A stretch of DNA of 63,696 nucleotides, filler included, from Asterionella formosa (taxonomy: Eukaryota), in NCBI GenBank assembly GCA_002256025.1. It is 16 parts of 16 records of this genome, joined end to end, with 100 filler letters (N's around TTAATTAATTAA, not from the genome) between each part and the next. Parts side by side here need not be neighbours in the genome. Positions count along the whole stretch, not along the records: positions 59,827 to 63,696 come from NKIB01013859.1; 15 more parts are not named here. One strand, 5' to 3'. The translations under genes were made by a program, and so were the position numbers. Below are positions 62,796 to 63,696 of the stretch, piece after piece (the first letter of the stretch is position 1; each line of letters begins with the position of its first letter). Under the pieces are notes generated by a model. It worked only from the letters and a program-made list of their open reading frames with translations. It was not told the DNA's origin and made no database searches.

Positions 62796-63053
62796 GGGCG
62801 CGCTCTGATAATAAAAAATTATTATATCATGTGTGTATTATAACACAAATTATTCTGGTGATCTGCTACATAATATCGTCCTTGCGCTCTGATAATAGAG
62901 ATATTTTAGATTACTTCTCTGACATTATATATATTTTTAACTTTAATTTTCAACAGTTAAATTTTCATATCGATGCATCCTCTTGTATGCTATGCCGCCT
63001 CTTGTTCATTATATGCATGATTTCTATATATTCATCATCGTCGGTCACTGACC
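62796..63053 (+). mobile_element. Left end of Harbinger-like element
   Basis: AGT then GGGCGCGCTCTGATAATAAAAAA; internal GCGCTCTGATAATA repeat at about 62884. Confidence 0.88.
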
Positions 63054-63696
63054 ATGTCGACTTTCATCTCATCTCCTGATGATGATGACATTATGATCAC
63101 ATTGCTACTGTTAGCAATGTGCTATCCACCAGTAAATAGGACGCCATCATTCAGGGAAAGTTTGACTGTTGATGAGGTCAGAAGAAGAAGCGGAAAAATC
63201 CGTTGCCACGCACTACAGCATCCATTATCGAGTCCATTCTGGACTTTGTTCAACAGCAAGCATGATGATGCTCTGATTACCTTGTGTGGGTTTGACCATG
63301 CTTCTTTCGAGCTCCTACACCAGCTGTTCAAACCTTGTTTTTATTCCTTCACTCCCTGTAGGAAAAATACGGATTTCATTGTTAGAAATTCAACAACAAA
63401 GAAAGGTCGGCAAAGATACCTCTGTTCCATCAGTTGTCTAGCGCTTGGGTTAGCATGGACCAGGACTCGTGGTTCCTATATGATTCTTCAGATTATTTTC
63501 GGATTAACTCATGGTTCTTTGAGTGTTTGGTTGAGGTTTTCAAGGCGAATGATTGTAAAAGTACTGCTGACACATGAAGATGCCGTTGTGAGACTGCCTA
63601 CTGCAGACGAAGCCACCTTGTTTGCAACCATGATCAATCAGAAATACCCACTTATAACAAATTGTTGGGGAGCAATGGATGGTCTGAAACTGACCC
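63054..63696 (+). CDS. Harbinger-like (DDE_Tnp_4 type) transposase, N-terminal part, open to window end and absent from the ORF track
   Basis: My translation from ATG 63054 is open for 214 codons: MSTFISSPDDDD..DDALITLCGFDHASF..LALGLAWTRTRGS..LQIIFG..KYPLITNCWGAMDGLKL. Confidence 0.85.
   Translation, partial: MSTFISSPDDDDIMITLLLLAMCYPPVNRTPSFRESLTVDEVRRRSGKIRCHALQHPLSSPFWTLFNSKHDDALITLCGFDHASFELLHQLFKPCFYSFTPCRKNTDFIVRNSTTKKGRQRYLCSISCLALGLAWTRTRGSYMILQIIFGLTHGSLSVWLRFSRRMIVKVLLTHEDAVVRLPTADEATLFATMINQKYPLITNCWGAMDGLKLT

Overview
This is not one contiguous locus. It is a pseudo-scaffold of 16 unrelated contigs of about 3.9 kb, almost perfectly sorted by size and joined by artificial 100-nt N44-TTAATTAATTAA-N44 linkers, so adjacency across a linker has no biological meaning. 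The DNA is eukaryotic (GT-AG introns) and most likely from a diatom, because it carries a CoDi-type copia protease motif (ELDSHADT). Host genes: a GDP-fucose transporter, a ubiquitin-like membrane protein, a spliced Pho88/Snd3-ankyrin fusion, an NC2beta-like histone-fold protein, mitochondrial ISCA2, fragments of NEMF/Rqc2 and of a mitochondrial carrier, a spliced Crinkler-like Ubl-NTPase, two ARM-repeat paralogues and an interrupted 2OG-Fe(II) dioxygenase-like gene. Most of the rest is decaying mobile DNA: several Ty1/copia families, four PIF/Harbinger-type transposases, two Plavaka-like transposase families, a LINE fragment and a tRNA-derived repeat. Comparing paralogous copies between contigs gives the best leads: (1) a candidate large multi-gene DNA transposon with a Plavaka-like transposase, a Ulp1-like protease, a spliced orphan gene and CGTCTGCAAATAAAA-type ends; (2) recurrent TA to TACCGGTA/TACCAGGTA micro-insertions that look like transposon excision footprints and may explain the GTAC-rich intergenic DNA; (3) a young Harbinger-like family with ANT target sites; (4) ARM-repeat genes whose variation is concentrated at a few positions. 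All calls come from reading the sequence by eye; no searches were run.
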